Shown here in pieces: positions 1 through 8,771 of a stretch of DNA of 64,000 nt. The first letter of the stretch is position 1. The number at the start of each line of letters is the position of its first letter. The notes under the pieces were generated by a model that was not told the DNA's origin, did no database searches, and saw only the letters and a list, made by a program, of their open reading frames with translations. The translations under genes and the position numbers were made by a program. Origin of the DNA: a virus; IMG/VR virus record IMGVR_UViG_3300045541_000131, positions 74,653 through 138,652 of that record; one strand, 5' to 3'.

Positions 1-1
1 C

Positions 2-346
2 TTGATTGTCGGTCTACAAACTGATCCTACTATTGATCGTCCCGGCACAAAGAACAAACCTGTTCAAAGTGTCGTTGAGCGACAAATACAACTAGCTGCT
101 GTTCGGTATGTTGACGAAATAGTAGTTTATCAAACAGAACAAGATTTGCTAGACATTATTCTTACTCTGCCTATTGATGTAAGAATCTTGGGCGTCGAAT
201 ATCGTGACAAAGACTTCACTGGTAGATCGCAAGGACTTACTAGAAATATCGAACATATCTATAATCGCCGTGATCATAGTTTCAGTTCTAGTAATCTTCG
301 CAAGCGTGTCGTCGAAGCAGAATTAATGAAAGAATTAAAACAATGA
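2..346 (+). CDS. tagD: Glycerol-3-phosphate cytidylyltransferase-like (TagD family), 5'-truncated by window edge
   Basis: IVGLQTDP, KNKPVQS..ER, YVDEIV.Y, G.EY, and C-terminal SSS.LR motif of cytidylyltransferases; HxGH would lie upstream of the window. Confidence 0.8.
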   Translation: MIVGLQTDPTIDRPGTKNKPVQSVVERQIQLAAVRYVDEIVVYQTEQDLLDIILTLPIDVRILGVEYRDKDFTGRSQGLTRNIEHIYNRRDHSFSSSNLRKRVVEAELMKELKQ

Positions 347-1266
347 GAATTGGTGTTATTGGATATGGATACGTAGGTAAAGCAGTTGCGGCTGCACATG
401 ACAGAAACTTGATTATGGTCAATGACCCATATGCTTTAGAAGAATGGGAACAGTATACCATTGATCAAATTAAAGAACATACTGGCTGGGTGTATGTTTG
501 TGTCCCGACCCCGATGGCAGAAGATGGTAGTTGCGACACTAGTATTCTGCAAGGAGTATTGGATAGTTTAGCGGATTACGAAGGTATTGTTATTAGCAAA
601 TGTACCGCACCACCAGAATTTTACATTAATATTTCCAAAGAGTGCGGAAAATATAAAAAGTATAAATTCCGTTTAATTCATATGCCCGAGTTCTTAACCG
701 CGGCCAATGCTCTGCACGATTATATGCATCCTGAACTAATTGTCATTGGAGGTAATGCCCACGATACCAGTTATGTTTCTCAATTTGTTATCGCTACTGA
801 TATGACCTATAAAACCAAGGCTAAGGTTATTAGAACAGACATCGGTAGTGCGGCCGCTATGAAATATTATGCCAATAGTTGGTTAGCCACTAAGGTTGTG
901 TTTAATAATCAATTTGCCAAATGGTGTGAAAGCCAAGGTGTAAATTGGAATGATATGGCCGAAGTTTGCAAAGAAGATCAGAGATTAGGTAAAAGTCATT
1001 ATCGTGTTCCTGGCGAAAATGGTGATGTTGGCTATGGTGGCGCTTGTTTTCCTAAAGATGTTAGTGCTATTTTGACATCGGCTGGAAAAAAGAATGTTGA
1101 TATGAGTCTATTACAAAAGCAAGTTGATATTAATAATCAAATGCGAGAGCAACAGAGATTAGAACGGGAAGAGGCCGAACGACTTAAGAGTTCAATTCCA
1201 ACTCGCCGAAATCGAAACGAAATTCCTCGTGGGCCGATTGCTCGACAACCTCGCCGAAATCGTTGA
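343..1266 (+). CDS. ugd: UDP-glucose/GDP-mannose 6-dehydrogenase (short phage form)
   Basis: GYGYVG Rossmann motif, VCVPTP, PEFL, KY..N..LA.KV.F.N, catalytic GYGGACFPKD. Confidence 0.9.
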   Translation: MRIGVIGYGYVGKAVAAAHDRNLIMVNDPYALEEWEQYTIDQIKEHTGWVYVCVPTPMAEDGSCDTSILQGVLDSLADYEGIVISKCTAPPEFYINISKECGKYKKYKFRLIHMPEFLTAANALHDYMHPELIVIGGNAHDTSYVSQFVIATDMTYKTKAKVIRTDIGSAAAMKYYANSWLATKVVFNNQFAKWCESQGVNWNDMAEVCKEDQRLGKSHYRVPGENGDVGYGGACFPKDVSAILTSAGKKNVDMSLLQKQVDINNQMREQQRLEREEAERLKSSIPTRRNRNEIPRGPIARQPRRNR

Positions 1267-1291
1267 CTATGCCTAAATACTATTGTATAAT
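1263..1291 (+). promoter_or_regulatory. Sigma70-type promoter upstream of folE
   Basis: TTGACT(1263-1268)-17 bp-TATAAT(1286-1291); a TAAATA box (1274-1279) lies in the spacer. Confidence 0.7.
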
Positions 1292-1333
1292 CTAAATATA
1301 CGTGTGACCCACCACAATAACTCGGAGAATAAA

Positions 1334-2035
1334 TTGACAGATACAAGTAAAAACCTAAGCCAAATCCTTCGCGAACGAATGAAGGCCGACAACAAACGAT
1401 TCTGGGCCGGAGACAACATTAGTGACTACATTGCGCCCAGTGACAAAGAACACTTAATCAACGAAGCTACTAAAGCCTTTGAACAAGTATTGGACACTCT
1501 GCTAATTGACAGGGAAACTGATCCAAATAGTAAAGGTACAGCGCGGCGTCTTGCCAAGATGTACTTTAATGAGATAATGAGTGGTCGATATGAACCAAGG
1601 CCGGATGCGACAAGTTTTCCCAACGATTCGGTGGATCGTTACGAAGGCATGCTAGTTGTTCGTAGTGAACTTCGTAGTATGTGTAGCCATCATCACCAGC
1701 CGGTGTCGGGAGTTGCTTATATTGGTATCATTGCTGCCGAGAAGCTTATTGGCCTTAGCAAGTATACTCGTATTGCTCAATGGTGTGCTCGTCGCGGTAC
1801 ACTACAAGAAGAATTGGCTAATGACATTGCCAGAGAAATTGAAAAAGCTACTGGTGCCAAGAACCTGGGTGTTTATATTCAAGCCACACACGGATGCTGT
1901 GAAAATCGTGGCATTATGGCACATAGTAGTCTAACACAAACTACAGTACTGAAAGGTTCTTTTAAAGAAGATCCGGGTGCTAAAAAAGAATTCTTTGACA
2001 ATATTAAACTTCAGCAAGAGTTTGCTCCGAGGTAA
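1334..2035 (+). CDS. folE: GTP cyclohydrolase I
   Basis: SMCSHH, IGLSK..R, R..LQE.L, HGCC..RG, EFF motifs; start moved to TTG 1334 after GGAG (ORF track 1283). Confidence 0.93.
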   Translation: MTDTSKNLSQILRERMKADNKRFWAGDNISDYIAPSDKEHLINEATKAFEQVLDTLLIDRETDPNSKGTARRLAKMYFNEIMSGRYEPRPDATSFPNDSVDRYEGMLVVRSELRSMCSHHHQPVSGVAYIGIIAAEKLIGLSKYTRIAQWCARRGTLQEELANDIAREIEKATGAKNLGVYIQATHGCCENRGIMAHSSLTQTTVLKGSFKEDPGAKKEFFDNIKLQQEFAPR

Positions 2036-2037
2036 TT

Positions 2038-2223
2038 ATGAAAGATCCTATTGTGCAAGAATTGGTCGATGATCTTAAAAATTCTGTTGCTCGTGTCAAT
2101 GCATTGATGGCAGAACTACAAAATCACAGCGTTGAAGTGCGTATAGAATATAGAGACAGAAAAGGCGATGAACCACAGCGTATAAATTTGTGGCGTATTC
2201 AACAGCATAATGACTACCTCTAA
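2038..2223 (+). CDS. Hypothetical protein
   Basis: 61-aa ORF packed in operon. Confidence 0.55.
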   Translation: MKDPIVQELVDDLKNSVARVNALMAELQNHSVEVRIEYRDRKGDEPQRINLWRIQQHNDYL

Positions 2224-2575
2224 CAATATCGGAATCTATCATGTCACCGGTGGCGGCACAGGGATTAATTATCCTAATTCTGCTATTGCCAATGGGCAAT
2301 ATACAATCTCTGCCAGCAATAACCTAGGAATAGGACAAACACAACAAAGTGGAATAACTATAATGGCACCTGACGGCGAAGCGATTATAACCTTTCATAC
2401 AGATGGCAGGATAGAAACAAAAGGCGGTTCAATACAGGCTCGAGATCTAACCGCAGTAATTAAACTAATGAAGCGTATGATGACTGACATGGCCAATGAT
2501 GAAGAACTCGCCAAGAAGTTTCCTTACATCAAGGATGCTGCTCACGAGTGGGTTATGGATGAACTAAGGAAGTAA
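2210..2575 (+). CDS. Hypothetical protein
   Basis: 121-aa ORF overlapping its upstream neighbour. Confidence 0.6.
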   Translation: MTTSNNIGIYHVTGGGTGINYPNSAIANGQYTISASNNLGIGQTQQSGITIMAPDGEAIITFHTDGRIETKGGSIQARDLTAVIKLMKRMMTDMANDEELAKKFPYIKDAAHEWVMDELRK

Positions 2576-2576
2576 G

Positions 2577-2945
2577 ATGAATATAGAAAAGTATTTTAGT
2601 TTTTACGGATCAGCAACACGGTCTGAATATTGGGGAGTGCAAATAATTTCTTATATTGTATTCTTTGTCTTTGCAATGATGGCTGCTTTAATCAGCACTG
2701 CATTGGGACCTTCCGGCGTTATTGCAGTAGGTGTTTTTATCTTTTTATTGATTGTTCCACTAACTTGGATTGTAATGGCAACTACAGCAAGACGATGCAG
2801 GGACGCAGGCATTAATCCATGGTTTACTGCTGCAATTTTTATCCCGTACCTGGCTATTATTCCGTGGATAGTTTTTGGATGTTTATCAACTGTAAAAGGA
2901 GAACAAAATGGTAACAAAGAAGAAAGCAACACCAGTGTCAACTGA
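2577..2945 (+). CDS. DUF805-family membrane protein
   Basis: YFSF.G.ATRSEYW, three TM segments, ARRCRDAG.. motif. Confidence 0.85.
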   Translation: MNIEKYFSFYGSATRSEYWGVQIISYIVFFVFAMMAALISTALGPSGVIAVGVFIFLLIVPLTWIVMATTARRCRDAGINPWFTAAIFIPYLAIIPWIVFGCLSTVKGEQNGNKEESNTSVN

Positions 2946-3192
2946 CCCGGTGATTGTCAAAGGCAGTCATCTCACAGTGACAACGTGGGCCAATGGTCGC
3001 ACCGAACTTAAATGGGACGACGAAGCATTGCTGAAAGATGTGCAAAATGCTGTTCTAAAATACGAGTCAAATATTCCAGCAACTTCATCAAAGCCTGCTA
3101 AAAAGGTTGCGGCGAAGATGACTGTCGACAAAAAAGAACCAGCAAAGAAAACTGCTGCCAAAAAGACTACACCTAAGAAAACTAAAAAATGA
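2908..3192 (+). CDS. Hypothetical protein with Lys/Ala/Pro-rich histone-H1-like tail
   Basis: GGAG RBS; C-terminus KPAKKVAAK...KKTAAKKTTPKKTKK. Confidence 0.65.
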   Translation: MVTKKKATPVSTDPVIVKGSHLTVTTWANGRTELKWDDEALLKDVQNAVLKYESNIPATSSKPAKKVAAKMTVDKKEPAKKTAAKKTTPKKTKK

Positions 3193-3332
3193 TCTTCTTA
3201 ACTATTTTGATCTTTTTATTAGGATTTGCCTGCATGATTTTGGCTGCTGCCAAGGGTTGGATTAAACCTGGCTGTGCAGGCGACTGTTATCAGGGTCGCA
3301 GGGCTTGCAATTGTAGAGGACGCAATGACTAA
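3189..3332 (+). CDS. Small membrane peptide with Cys-rich tail (47 aa, absent from ORF track)
   Basis: Manual translation MIFLTILIFLLGFACMILAAAKGWIKPGCAGDCYQGRRACNCRGRND; ATGA overlap upstream, 8-nt overlap downstream. Confidence 0.6.
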   Translation: MIFLTILIFLLGFACMILAAAKGWIKPGCAGDCYQGRRACNCRGRND

Positions 3333-3915
3333 AGTTTATTATACTTGGCGACAGTTTGATCGTGATGTAGTCGAGCTAGCAAGACAAATTTGGGTCAGCG
3401 GCTGGCAACCAGACTATATTGTAGGTATTAGTCGAGGTGGATTGCCTTTGGCAGTGGCACTCAGCAACTATATGAACATTCCAATGAAACCCTTGCAGGT
3501 CAGCTTGCGAGATGGAGGCGAATGTGTCAGTGACTTAGGCATGGCCGAAGATGCTTATGGTTATCCGAAGCAAGAAGTCATTGTTAGTGATGAAACAGAT
3601 TTTGGTGCTGTTCTAGACGCTGCTAATGATTTACTTGAGCAGGGCCCTAACTACAAAAACATTCTCATTGTAGATGACATCAACGATAGCGGTGCCACAT
3701 TTAATTGGATTACAGAAGACTGGCCCTCAGGCTGTATGCCTAATGATCCGGATTGGGCAGATGTGTGGAACAACAATGTAAAGTTTGCTACACTATGGGA
3801 CAATCCGGCTAGTAAATTTAAATATTCTGTGGATTATACTATTCACATAAAAGATCCCGAACAAGATCCATGGATCGTATTCCCATGGGAACAACCATTT
3901 ACAGGTGAAGCATGA
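3325..3915 (+). CDS. Type I phosphoribosyltransferase (xanthine-guanine PRT-like)
   Basis: IVGISRGGL, PRPP-binding ILIVDDINDSGAT, C-terminal WIVFPWE; ATG 3325 after GAGG. Confidence 0.88.
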   Translation: MTKVYYTWRQFDRDVVELARQIWVSGWQPDYIVGISRGGLPLAVALSNYMNIPMKPLQVSLRDGGECVSDLGMAEDAYGYPKQEVIVSDETDFGAVLDAANDLLEQGPNYKNILIVDDINDSGATFNWITEDWPSGCMPNDPDWADVWNNNVKFATLWDNPASKFKYSVDYTIHIKDPEQDPWIVFPWEQPFTGEA

Positions 3916-4346
3916 AAAGAAAAGGCTCTAAGAAAAAATCCGAAATGACTATCAAATTTGATGTCGAACAGTTTATCATGGAAGATCATCCATGGCGTGA
4001 TCCCATTAAGGAAAATGATAACATGTTTGTTTTCCGCGACGGGTTTCCGGTAAGTGAAGTTGGTCACTTTTTATTTGTGCCAAAGACTAACGACATGGAT
4101 GATATATCAGCTTGCCTGGATGCGGCTGTAAAACAAGGTGCTGTGTTTGTAGATCAAGAAATATGTGATGCATTTAATGTTGGCATGAACTACGGCGAAG
4201 CTGCCGGGCAAACTGTCATGTGGCCGCATATTCATTTAATTCTTAGAAAGACAGGCGACTGTGAAAATCCTCGTGGCGGAGTAAGACATGTTATTCCGGG
4301 CAAAGGAGACTACACAAAATATGTCACGGATGCTAATTCAGATTAA
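3912..4346 (+). CDS. HIT-family nucleotide hydrolase
   Basis: D.FPVS..GH.LFVPK, FNVGMN.GEAAGQTV.WPHIHLI, NPRGGVR.VIP. Confidence 0.85.
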   Translation: MKRKGSKKKSEMTIKFDVEQFIMEDHPWRDPIKENDNMFVFRDGFPVSEVGHFLFVPKTNDMDDISACLDAAVKQGAVFVDQEICDAFNVGMNYGEAAGQTVMWPHIHLILRKTGDCENPRGGVRHVIPGKGDYTKYVTDANSD

Positions 4347-4551
4347 TTTTTGGCAAGCCAAACAATTAGAATATTGGCTTAAGGACAACTATCCCGAATG
4401 TACCGTTTCGGCAATTGACTATGATCGTCACGTGCCTCCTGAAGAATTAGATTGGTATAGAGTAGATGGCCCAATTGATGTTGACTTATCCTGCATGATT
4501 CAGTTAAAATACGGAAAAGCAAAAGAAGAAACTACAAATGGAAAAATTTAA
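4321..4551 (+). CDS. Hypothetical protein
   Basis: ORF filling the gap between HIT and queE; start uncertain (4288/4321/4330). Confidence 0.5.
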   Translation: MSRMLIQINFWQAKQLEYWLKDNYPECTVSAIDYDRHVPPEELDWYRVDGPIDVDLSCMIQLKYGKAKEETTNGKI

Positions 4552-5398
4552 AGTCAGTGAAATATTTTATTCGGCACAAGGCGAAGGAAGATTCGTCGGT
4601 GTGCCCAGTATCTTTTTTAGAACTTTTGGTTGTAACTTTAAGTGTGCAGGATTTGGTTTACCCGCAGGTGAAAAAACCACAGAGCCAGACGAAATAGGTC
4701 GACAAGTTCATCTATATAAGTCTTTCATGGATTTGCCTTTGGCTAAAACTGGTTGCGATAGTTATGCCAGCTGGCACCCTGCGTTTAAGCATTTAAGCCC
4801 TAACTACAGCGTTGATGAAGCCATTGATGCTATGCTGGCTTTGACGCCAAATCATCGTTGGGGACAAAGCAACGGCAATGATGTTCATTTGGTTATTACA
4901 GGCGGAGAGCCGTTACTTGGCTGGCAAATGCTGTATCCTGAACTGCTGGCTAATAAGCAAATGAAGGATCTTCGTAATCTAACTTTTGAAACTAACGGCA
5001 CTCAACATCTGCACAAGGAATTTAAATACTTCTTGATGGATAACTTCCATATTGCCAGAGAAGGTATTACCTTTAGCGTTAGCCCTAAACTTAGTGCCAG
5101 CGGCGAATCGTGGGAAGATGCAGTTAGACCTGAGGTTATTAAAGAGTATCAACAGGTAGGCTTTACTTACTTGAAGTTTGTAATTGATAAACAAGAAGAT
5201 TTCGACGAAGTTGATCGTGCTGTTCAAGAATACCGTCGAGTTGGCTTTACTGGACCTGTCTATGTTATGCCCGTTGGCGGTACTGATGCTGCCTATTTTA
5301 GCAATACTAAACACATCGCCGACGAAGCATTGGCTCGCGGCTATCGTTACAGTCCACGACTACATGTGGACATTTGGAGCAATGGTTGGGGAAAGTAA
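4538..5398 (+). CDS. queE: 7-carboxy-7-deazaguanine synthase (radical SAM)
   Basis: EIFYS.QGEG..VG.PSIF.RT.GCNFKC...GCDS, ITGGEPL, ETNGT, SVSPKL, RLHV.IW; folE nearby. Confidence 0.9.
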   Translation: MEKFKVSEIFYSAQGEGRFVGVPSIFFRTFGCNFKCAGFGLPAGEKTTEPDEIGRQVHLYKSFMDLPLAKTGCDSYASWHPAFKHLSPNYSVDEAIDAMLALTPNHRWGQSNGNDVHLVITGGEPLLGWQMLYPELLANKQMKDLRNLTFETNGTQHLHKEFKYFLMDNFHIAREGITFSVSPKLSASGESWEDAVRPEVIKEYQQVGFTYLKFVIDKQEDFDEVDRAVQEYRRVGFTGPVYVMPVGGTDAAYFSNTKHIADEALARGYRYSPRLHVDIWSNGWGK

Positions 5399-5625
5399 CA
5401 GAAACGAGAACTAGAACATTAGTTAAGACTGTTATCTATAGAATATGGGTAATAGTATCAACTTATGTGATGTTATTGCTTACTGGTCAGAGCATGACAC
5501 AGGCTCTGATTCCAACCATTATTATTAACTGTGTTTGGATGACGTCATATTATCTGTATGATCGACTATGGAGCCATATAGATTGGGGAAGAAATGAAAG
5601 CACAGACGCCAGCACAAGGAATTAG
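5374..5625 (+). CDS. DUF2061-like small membrane protein
   Basis: ET..RTLVKT..YR, two hydrophobic segments, YY.YDRLW.HI.WGR. Confidence 0.75.
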   Translation: MEQWLGKVTETRTRTLVKTVIYRIWVIVSTYVMLLLTGQSMTQALIPTIIINCVWMTSYYLYDRLWSHIDWGRNESTDASTRN

Positions 5626-5947
5626 TCTTACCGGAGACTACGGCGGAGCTAAAAACTTTAAAGTAGAATGCGACTGCGGCAGCGATGATCATGCTGCTCA
5701 TATGTGGATCGAGATACAACGTGATCAAGATGTCCCTGATGTAGAAGTTAGTTTTTATGTAACTACTTGGACTAAACAGTTCTGGGATGGATGGCCGGCT
5801 CGACTACGAGCCGTGTTTGATATCCTTGTTCAAGGTGTACACAAACAAGAACATCATATGTTGTTGAACAAGCAAAGTGCCGTAAACTTTGCTCATGCAA
5901 TTTTAGATACTGTAAAAGAAATGGAAAAGAAAAATGGCAATGCCTGA
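5594..5947 (+). CDS. Hypothetical protein (CxC..H putative metal site)
   Basis: 117-aa ORF with ECDCGSDDH. Confidence 0.6.
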   Translation: MKAQTPAQGISLTGDYGGAKNFKVECDCGSDDHAAHMWIEIQRDQDVPDVEVSFYVTTWTKQFWDGWPARLRAVFDILVQGVHKQEHHMLLNKQSAVNFAHAILDTVKEMEKKNGNA

Positions 5948-6122
5948 AAAAGTTATTATCCCTGCCGCAAAAGATCCCGGACGCGGACATTTTTATGTTA
6001 GCCTTTTTAAAAGCGCCATACGCATTGGTGCAGGTCTATATTTGATCTATGGCAATCTTTTTATGGCCGGTATTTTCCTTATTGCGGCCGAAGTCCTTGG
6101 CGTAGTTGAGGAATTGGTATGA
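5934..6122 (+). CDS. Small membrane protein
   Basis: HFYVSL.KS.IRI...AE.LG..EELV, two hydrophobic helices. Confidence 0.65.
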   Translation: MAMPEKVIIPAAKDPGRGHFYVSLFKSAIRIGAGLYLIYGNLFMAGIFLIAAEVLGVVEELV

Positions 6123-6451
6123 ACTTCTTTAAAAACCTTTTTGGTAAAAAAGAACAGCCAAGTAATCCAAAAGAAAGTAAAGAGCCGTGGGTTAACGTTG
6201 TTAACACTGACTTCGACGAAAGTAACCCTAGACAAGGTTTCATGGAGTTAGAGTGGAATGACGCTTTTATCCAATTCCTCAAAGAGCATGGTTACACGGG
6301 CAAAAACGACGAAGAAATAGTAGACAAGTGGTTTACTGAATTGTGCAAGAACATTGGTGCTCAATTGGACGAAGAATCCAAATTTGTAGCAGATGCAGAT
6401 GTTTTACCAAAACGTCGAAAGAAAGTTGACAAGAAATCCAATGAAAAGTAA
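6119..6451 (+). CDS. Hypothetical phage protein
   Basis: EPWVNV...GFMELEWN..F...L...GY.G..DEEIVD.WF; GAGG RBS. Confidence 0.7.
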   Translation: MNFFKNLFGKKEQPSNPKESKEPWVNVVNTDFDESNPRQGFMELEWNDAFIQFLKEHGYTGKNDEEIVDKWFTELCKNIGAQLDEESKFVADADVLPKRRKKVDKKSNEK

Positions 6452-6653
6452 ACTTAACTGGAACTTTCGCATAAATTGGGTAGGAAACGATCACATTCTA
6501 ATTGCTTACAAAAAACAAGACAATGATGAATGGGACGAGTTTTTACTTACTGTACGAGAATATACTGAATGGATGAGTTTATTGCAAGATTTTAATTCTG
6601 CATTTCACGATCGTATTGAACAACAACTTCTTAACTCTTATTTAAATGGCTAA
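6441..6653 (+). CDS. Hypothetical protein
   Basis: ATG 6441 overlaps upstream gene end. Confidence 0.55.
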   Translation: MKSKLNWNFRINWVGNDHILIAYKKQDNDEWDEFLLTVREYTEWMSLLQDFNSAFHDRIEQQLLNSYLNG

Positions 6654-7632
6654 AATGTATCTTCTAGTAGACGCCGCTAACATGTTCTTTCGTGCCCGTC
6701 ATGTGGTACGAGGAGAGGACGCTGAAACTAAAGTTGGTATGGCATACCATATTATGTTCAACAGCATTAACAAAGTATGGCGTGATTTTAAAGGTAGTCA
6801 CGTTGTGGTCTGTCTCGAAGGCCGCAGTTGGCGTAAGGATGTCTACGAAGGCTACAAGCGTAATCGAGCCGATGCTCGTGCTGCACTTAGTCCAAAGGAA
6901 GCAGAAGAAGATAAAATCTTCTGGCAAGCATTCGATGAACTCAAAGAATATCTCACTGCTAAAACAAATTGCACGGTACTTCGGCATGACCGTTGCGAGG
7001 CTGATGATTTTATTGCTCGTTGGATTCATAATCATCCCGACGATAATCATGTTATTGTAAGTAGCGACAGCGACTTTTATCAACTATTGGCTCCTAATGT
7101 CAGGCAATATAATGGCATTACTAAACAGCTAATCACTGTCGAAGGTGTCTTTGATGAAAAAGGCAAACGAGTCTTAGATAAGAAAACCAAGGAACCCTTG
7201 CCAGCACCTGATCCTCAGTGGCTGCTATTTGAAAAATGTATGCGCGGTGATACTACTGACAATATATTCAGTGCTTATCCCGGTGTGCGTGAAAAGGGCA
7301 GTAAGAACAAGGTTGGACTTCGCGAAGCATTTGCTGACAGGGATACCAAAGGATACAATTGGAACAACATGATGCTACAGCGTTGGGTTGACCACGAAGG
7401 TATTGAGCATCGTGTCAGAGACAAGTATCTGTTCAATAAACAATTAATTGACTTGACTGAACAGCCCGAAGATATTAAACTAGCACTAGACGAAACTATT
7501 GCCACTGCAACTGGCAAGACCCGTGTAAGTCAAGTCGGCTTACATTTTGTAAAGTTTTGTTCCAAATGGAATCTTGTTAATGTGGCAGACAAGATGACAG
7601 AGCATGGAGATTATCTGGGAGCGGCATACTAA
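6646..7632 (+). CDS. rnh: T4-like RNase H / 5'-3' exonuclease (FEN/PIN fold)
   Basis: LVDAAN, WRK..Y..YK.NR, EADD.I, SSDSDF.QL, GD..DNI. Confidence 0.9.
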   Translation: MAKMYLLVDAANMFFRARHVVRGEDAETKVGMAYHIMFNSINKVWRDFKGSHVVVCLEGRSWRKDVYEGYKRNRADARAALSPKEAEEDKIFWQAFDELKEYLTAKTNCTVLRHDRCEADDFIARWIHNHPDDNHVIVSSDSDFYQLLAPNVRQYNGITKQLITVEGVFDEKGKRVLDKKTKEPLPAPDPQWLLFEKCMRGDTTDNIFSAYPGVREKGSKNKVGLREAFADRDTKGYNWNNMMLQRWVDHEGIEHRVRDKYLFNKQLIDLTEQPEDIKLALDETIATATGKTRVSQVGLHFVKFCSKWNLVNVADKMTEHGDYLGAAY

Positions 7633-8099
7633 TGATTCTGGCAAAAAGCGTGATTAAAGACAAGTTTTGGATTCTTGAAGAAAATGCCAAGCGTGTTGGC
7701 ATGATGAACTTCAAGGACAATAGTTATACTATTAATCTTAGGCGTAAAGATTTTACGGTAAAAGACACTACCGAACTTAAAAAGATGGGAATCGAGTTTG
7801 TAAATCGCGATCTCAAACACGGCGGCCACTTGGAAGTCATGGGTTATCCCACGGATCAAGAAGAAGTCTTTAATGTCAAGGAAATCGACGGTTATCCCAC
7901 CTTTACCAAAAAAGCCGCTAGTAAAAGTACCCATGTGGCGGGATGGTACGGACTAAAGTTTAAGAATGGATGGGTTTGTAGCCTATGCCCAAGACTAACT
8001 ACAGTTAAAACCAACGTTCATGTTGGTCCATATAAAACTAAAATGGAACTTAAAGTAGTACTAGGACAGCAAAAAACCGAAGATTTTGAAGATGATTAA
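7632..8099 (+). CDS. Hypothetical phage protein
   Basis: TAATG-coupled to rnh; 155 aa. Confidence 0.7.
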   Translation: MILAKSVIKDKFWILEENAKRVGMMNFKDNSYTINLRRKDFTVKDTTELKKMGIEFVNRDLKHGGHLEVMGYPTDQEEVFNVKEIDGYPTFTKKAASKSTHVAGWYGLKFKNGWVCSLCPRLTTVKTNVHVGPYKTKMELKVVLGQQKTEDFEDD

Positions 8100-8110
8100 A
8101 TAATGCTTTA

Positions 8111-8148
8111 ATGCGTTTCTCTGATAAATACAAATAGGAGAAACGCAT
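8111..8148 (+). promoter_or_regulatory. Late promoter (TAAATA) inside an RBS-sequestering hairpin
   Basis: ATGCGTTTCTC(8111-8121) pairs with GAGAAACGCAT(8138-8148), covering SD and start; loop contains TAAATA (8125-8130). Confidence 0.75.
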
Positions 8149-8464
8149 GGCAAGACCTAAGCCTACTATACTTTTAACTCATGTAGACCCTAGCACTTAT
8201 AAAAGTGAAGAAATTCTAGAAGCTGAAGCCATCTATGCAGTTTTCTATAAAGGACGACCATTTAATCTACGCAGTCATTTGAACAGTTTACAGGATTATC
8301 CTGGTCCTAAATATAAAAAGGTCAGTTTTAGTAATCCAGGTCATGCATTCAATTTGATGGAAAAAATGAATAAACTATTCAAGTGTCAAGACTTTAGTGT
8401 TGTTGAGCTTACCGAAGGTGCTGTGGTTAATGAGTACGAGCTGGTCAAAAAATCAGAAAAGTAA
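8147..8464 (+). CDS. Hypothetical phage protein (MARPKP...PGPKYKKVSFSNPGHA)
   Basis: AGGAG RBS, late promoter, 105 aa. Confidence 0.75.
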   Translation: MARPKPTILLTHVDPSTYKSEEILEAEAIYAVFYKGRPFNLRSHLNSLQDYPGPKYKKVSFSNPGHAFNLMEKMNKLFKCQDFSVVELTEGAVVNEYELVKKSEK

Positions 8465-8771
8465 ACTGATCCTCCAAGAGATACAAAAGTCAGTGGATAT
8501 TCCGCTGACTTTTTTTATGATTTTCAAGAACGAAAAAGGCACCAGATTTACTGGTACTGGCTTTGAACTAGCTAAATCTATTTGGAAAACTTATACAGTC
8601 AATCTGCCAGATAATTATCGCATACTAAATAGAACGCTGCTTATGCTGGACGATAGAATGGACTGGCCTTACTATCTCAGCAAGCGAAAACTAGTGCTAT
8701 TCAGCGAGATAGATGCTTTCGAATTTACACTTTATCAAGGCGATATAAATCAATGGGCCCGCAAGGATTAA
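8430..8771 (+). CDS. Hypothetical phage protein
   Basis: G.RFT..GF.L...L..LD..M.WPYY; overlaps neighbours. Confidence 0.65.
   Translation: MSTSWSKNQKSKLILQEIQKSVDIPLTFFMIFKNEKGTRFTGTGFELAKSIWKTYTVNLPDNYRILNRTLLMLDDRMDWPYYLSKRKLVLFSEIDAFEFTLYQGDINQWARKD

Noticed and set aside
4538-5398. NrdG ribonucleotide reductase activase
   Set aside because: QGEG, SPKL and RLH motifs plus nearby folE fit QueE; no nrdD in the window
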